A stretch of 64,000 nt of DNA from an uncultured Chloroflexia bacterium (GTDB lineage: Bacteria; Chloroflexota; Limnocylindria; Limnocylindrales; CSP1-4), in contig CAWGQH010000002.1 of NCBI GenBank assembly GCA_963824735.1, forward strand, positions 42,066 through 106,065. Direction: 5' to 3'. Below the pieces are notes generated by a model. The model searched no databases and was not told the origin of the DNA. It saw only the letters and a list, made by a program, of their open reading frames with translations. Below are positions 63,384-64,000 of the stretch, one piece after another (the first letter of the stretch is position 1; each line of letters opens with the position of its first letter). The position numbers were made by a program, and so were the translations under genes.

Positions 63384-63868
63384 GAGCCGAGCCGTTCGAG
63401 CAGCAGCTCGAGCGCCGCGGCCGCGCTGTCGCGCTTGTTCGCCGAGCGGTCGCCGGACCACAGGTGGCGGCGGACGTCGGCACCTGCCTGATCGACCACG
63501 GCGACGTACGTCAGCCCCACGGGCTTCTCGTCGCTCCCGCCGCCGGGTCCGGCGATCCCGGTGATCGAGACCGCGGCCGTCGTCGCGAGCCGGACCCGGG
63601 CACCCTCGGCCATGGCTCGCGCAACCTGCGCCGACACGGCGCCGTGCGAGGCGAGGAGCTCGGGAGCGACGCCGAGCTGATCACGCTTGGCCTCGTCGGC
63701 GTAGGTGACGAATCCGCCGAGGAAGTACGCGCTGGAGCCGGCGATCTCGGTGATCGCGTGCGCCACCAGACCCCCGGTGCACGACTCCGCCGTCGCGATG
63801 GTCAGACCGCGCTCGGCGCAGACGGTGTACAGGCGCTCGGCAAGGGCGACGAGGCGTTCGTCGGTCAC
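63380..63868 (-). CDS. CinA C-terminal / PncC nicotinamide-nucleotide amidohydrolase
   Basis: ATAESCTGG, GSSAYF, HGAVS..A.AMAEG, ITGIAGPGGG..KPVG. Confidence 0.92.
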   Translation of the reverse strand: MTDERLVALAERLYTVCAERGLTIATAESCTGGLVAHAITEIAGSSAYFLGGFVTYADEAKRDQLGVAPELLASHGAVSAQVARAMAEGARVRLATTAAVSITGIAGPGGGSDEKPVGLTYVAVVDQAGADVRRHLWSGDRSANKRDSAAAALELLLERLGS

Positions 63869-63874
63869 CGGCTG

Positions 63875-64000
63875 CTAGTTGCGATTGGTCTGGTGCCGTT
63901 CGTCCGGAGACTCGAAGAGCCACGTCTCCGGGATCCCCGACTTGCCCAGTGCGCCAAGCTTCGTGCCATTGAGCGTGAACAGCGTCACGCCGGATGAGCC
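63875..64000 (-). CDS. C-terminus of an upstream gene (RodZ / DUF4115-like, tentative)
   Basis: ...GSSGVTLFTLNGTKLGALGKSGIPETWLF...*. The NG..LG.LG..G pattern and the position before cinA fit this call. Confidence 0.5.
   Translation of the reverse strand, partial: GSSGVTLFTLNGTKLGALGKSGIPETWLFESPDERHQTNRN

Overview
64 kb of very GC-rich bacterial DNA. Gene content and promoter style suggest a soil/sediment Chloroflexota or Actinobacteria-like organism (inference only). About 68 densely packed CDSs, mostly small accessory genes: 5 VOC, several SAM methyltransferases, GNATs, F420/flavin oxidoreductases and 3 class III nucleotide cyclases. It also holds a GGDEF-EAL protein, a KdpD/KdpE-like two-component system with a KimA-like K+ transporter, and housekeeping genes at the right end (pgm, yajQ, murC-like, cinA). 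I found no rRNA, tRNA, CRISPR array or mobile element. Many genes carry single-base indels, often in homopolymers, typical of an unpolished long-read consensus, so I treat these frameshifts as probable sequencing errors. Best find: a candidate cysteine-sensing ribosome-mediated transcription attenuator upstream of a YnjE-like rhodanese (53141-53362, minus). It has a promoter, a leader peptide with four consecutive Cys, and protector, antiterminator and U-tract terminator hairpins. Also notable: a Pro/Thr-stalk surface protein translationally coupled to a membrane GGDEF-EAL protein, and a KdpDE/small ORF/KimA module with a tandem response-regulator box. All product calls come from motif recognition by eye; no database searches were run.
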